Of a stretch of 57,216 nucleotides of DNA, positions 56,739 through 57,216 are shown piece by piece; position 1 is the stretch's first letter, and each line of letters starts with the position of its first letter. This stretch comes from a virus. Its lineage: Duplodnaviria; Caudoviricetes. Under the pieces are notes generated by a model. That model did no database searches and was not told the DNA's origin. It saw only the letters and a program-made list of their open reading frames with translations. A program made the translations under genes and the position numbers. The stretch is from IMG/VR virus record IMGVR_UViG_3300009194_000013, positions 1-57,216 of that record. One strand, given 5' to 3'.

Positions 56739-56774
56739 ATTGTGACATGCAGTTTTACATATTGCAAGTGCTAA
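56739..56774 (-). promoter_or_regulatory. Early promoter TTGCAA-17-CACAAT with overlapping operator
   Basis: Boxes at 56762-67 and 56739-44; TTAGCACTTGCAAT at 56761-74. Confidence 0.65.
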
Positions 56775-56777
56775 ACG

Positions 56778-57020
56778 TCACGCTTTTAGCGATGCTTCAA
56801 CAATCGCTTTAATTTTTTCAGCTTGCCGCTTTTTGTTGGCAACGATCACATAGGGTTTACCCGCAAGCACCCATGCACCGGCGAGCATGCATTCGCGTCG
56901 AATGATTCGACCGACCGATTCGACTGCGCGTACCTTGGTGCCATCTGAATATTCAATCTGGTAGGCCATCTCACTGGCCCCGCTCATGCTGTAGCGGCTT
57001 GTATTTTTTACGGTAATCAT
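56778..57020 (-). CDS. Hypothetical protein
   Basis: First ORF inward from the right-hand array. Confidence 0.55.
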   Translation of the reverse strand: MITVKNTSRYSMSGASEMAYQIEYSDGTKVRAVESVGRIIRRECMLAGAWVLAGKPYVIVANKKRQAEKIKAIVEASLKA

Positions 57021-57093
57021 TTGGTGTCCATGTGGTTTGTGACATTGAGATATTAACACTCAGATTGTCATATCCGTATAGGTAGAAACCCTA

Positions 57094-57216
57094 ATCACTG
57101 CATCACTGCATCACTGCATCACTGCATCACTGCATCACTGCATCACTGCATCACTGCATCACTGCATCACTGCATCACTGCATCACTGCATCACTGCATC
57201 ACTGCATCACTGCATC
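57094..57216. repeat. Perfect tandem array (CTGCATCA)n, right end
   Basis: Read directly; same orientation as the left array. Confidence 0.99.

Overview
The window is an apparently complete ~57.2 kb tailed-phage (siphovirus-type) genome, opened inside a perfect (CTGCATCA)n array that occupies both ends. The left arm (+ strand, 0.4-28.1 kb) holds a lambda-type packaging and head module (TerS, GpA-type TerL, gpW-like, lambda-family portal, ClpP-type protease, decoration protein, gpE-like capsid), an accessory SGNH/LamG cassette inside the head operon, tail genes with a 1324-aa tape measure protein, and a GH108 endolysin with a holin-like gene. The middle (- strand, 28.1-44.0 kb) holds many small genes and a replication module: SNF2-type helicase, VRR-NUC, two MazG-like proteins, family-B DNA polymerase, DUF2815-like SSB and DUF2800/Cas4-like nuclease. 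The + strand at 44.2-52.3 kb carries small genes, a Cro-like HTH, a primase-SF3 helicase followed by a probable origin, and a Mor-like activator. An AT-richer block of probable early genes (- strand) fills 53-57 kb. No integrase, tRNA or CRISPR array was recognised. Most notable: (1) an acidic FxF/FF motif shared by the termini of most replication proteins, including an FxFG-repeat protein; (2) a multidomain protein ending in a Tad1-like signal-sponge domain; (3) the terminal 8-mer array; (4) a regulatory circuit readable from sequence, with a six-site operator and three identically spaced late promoters; (5) a promoter-driven structured ncRNA candidate after terL; (6) a two-gene cassette bounded by perfect 35-bp repeats; (7) frameshift candidates in the tail tube and SSB genes. 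All family assignments come from motif recognition by eye, not database searches.
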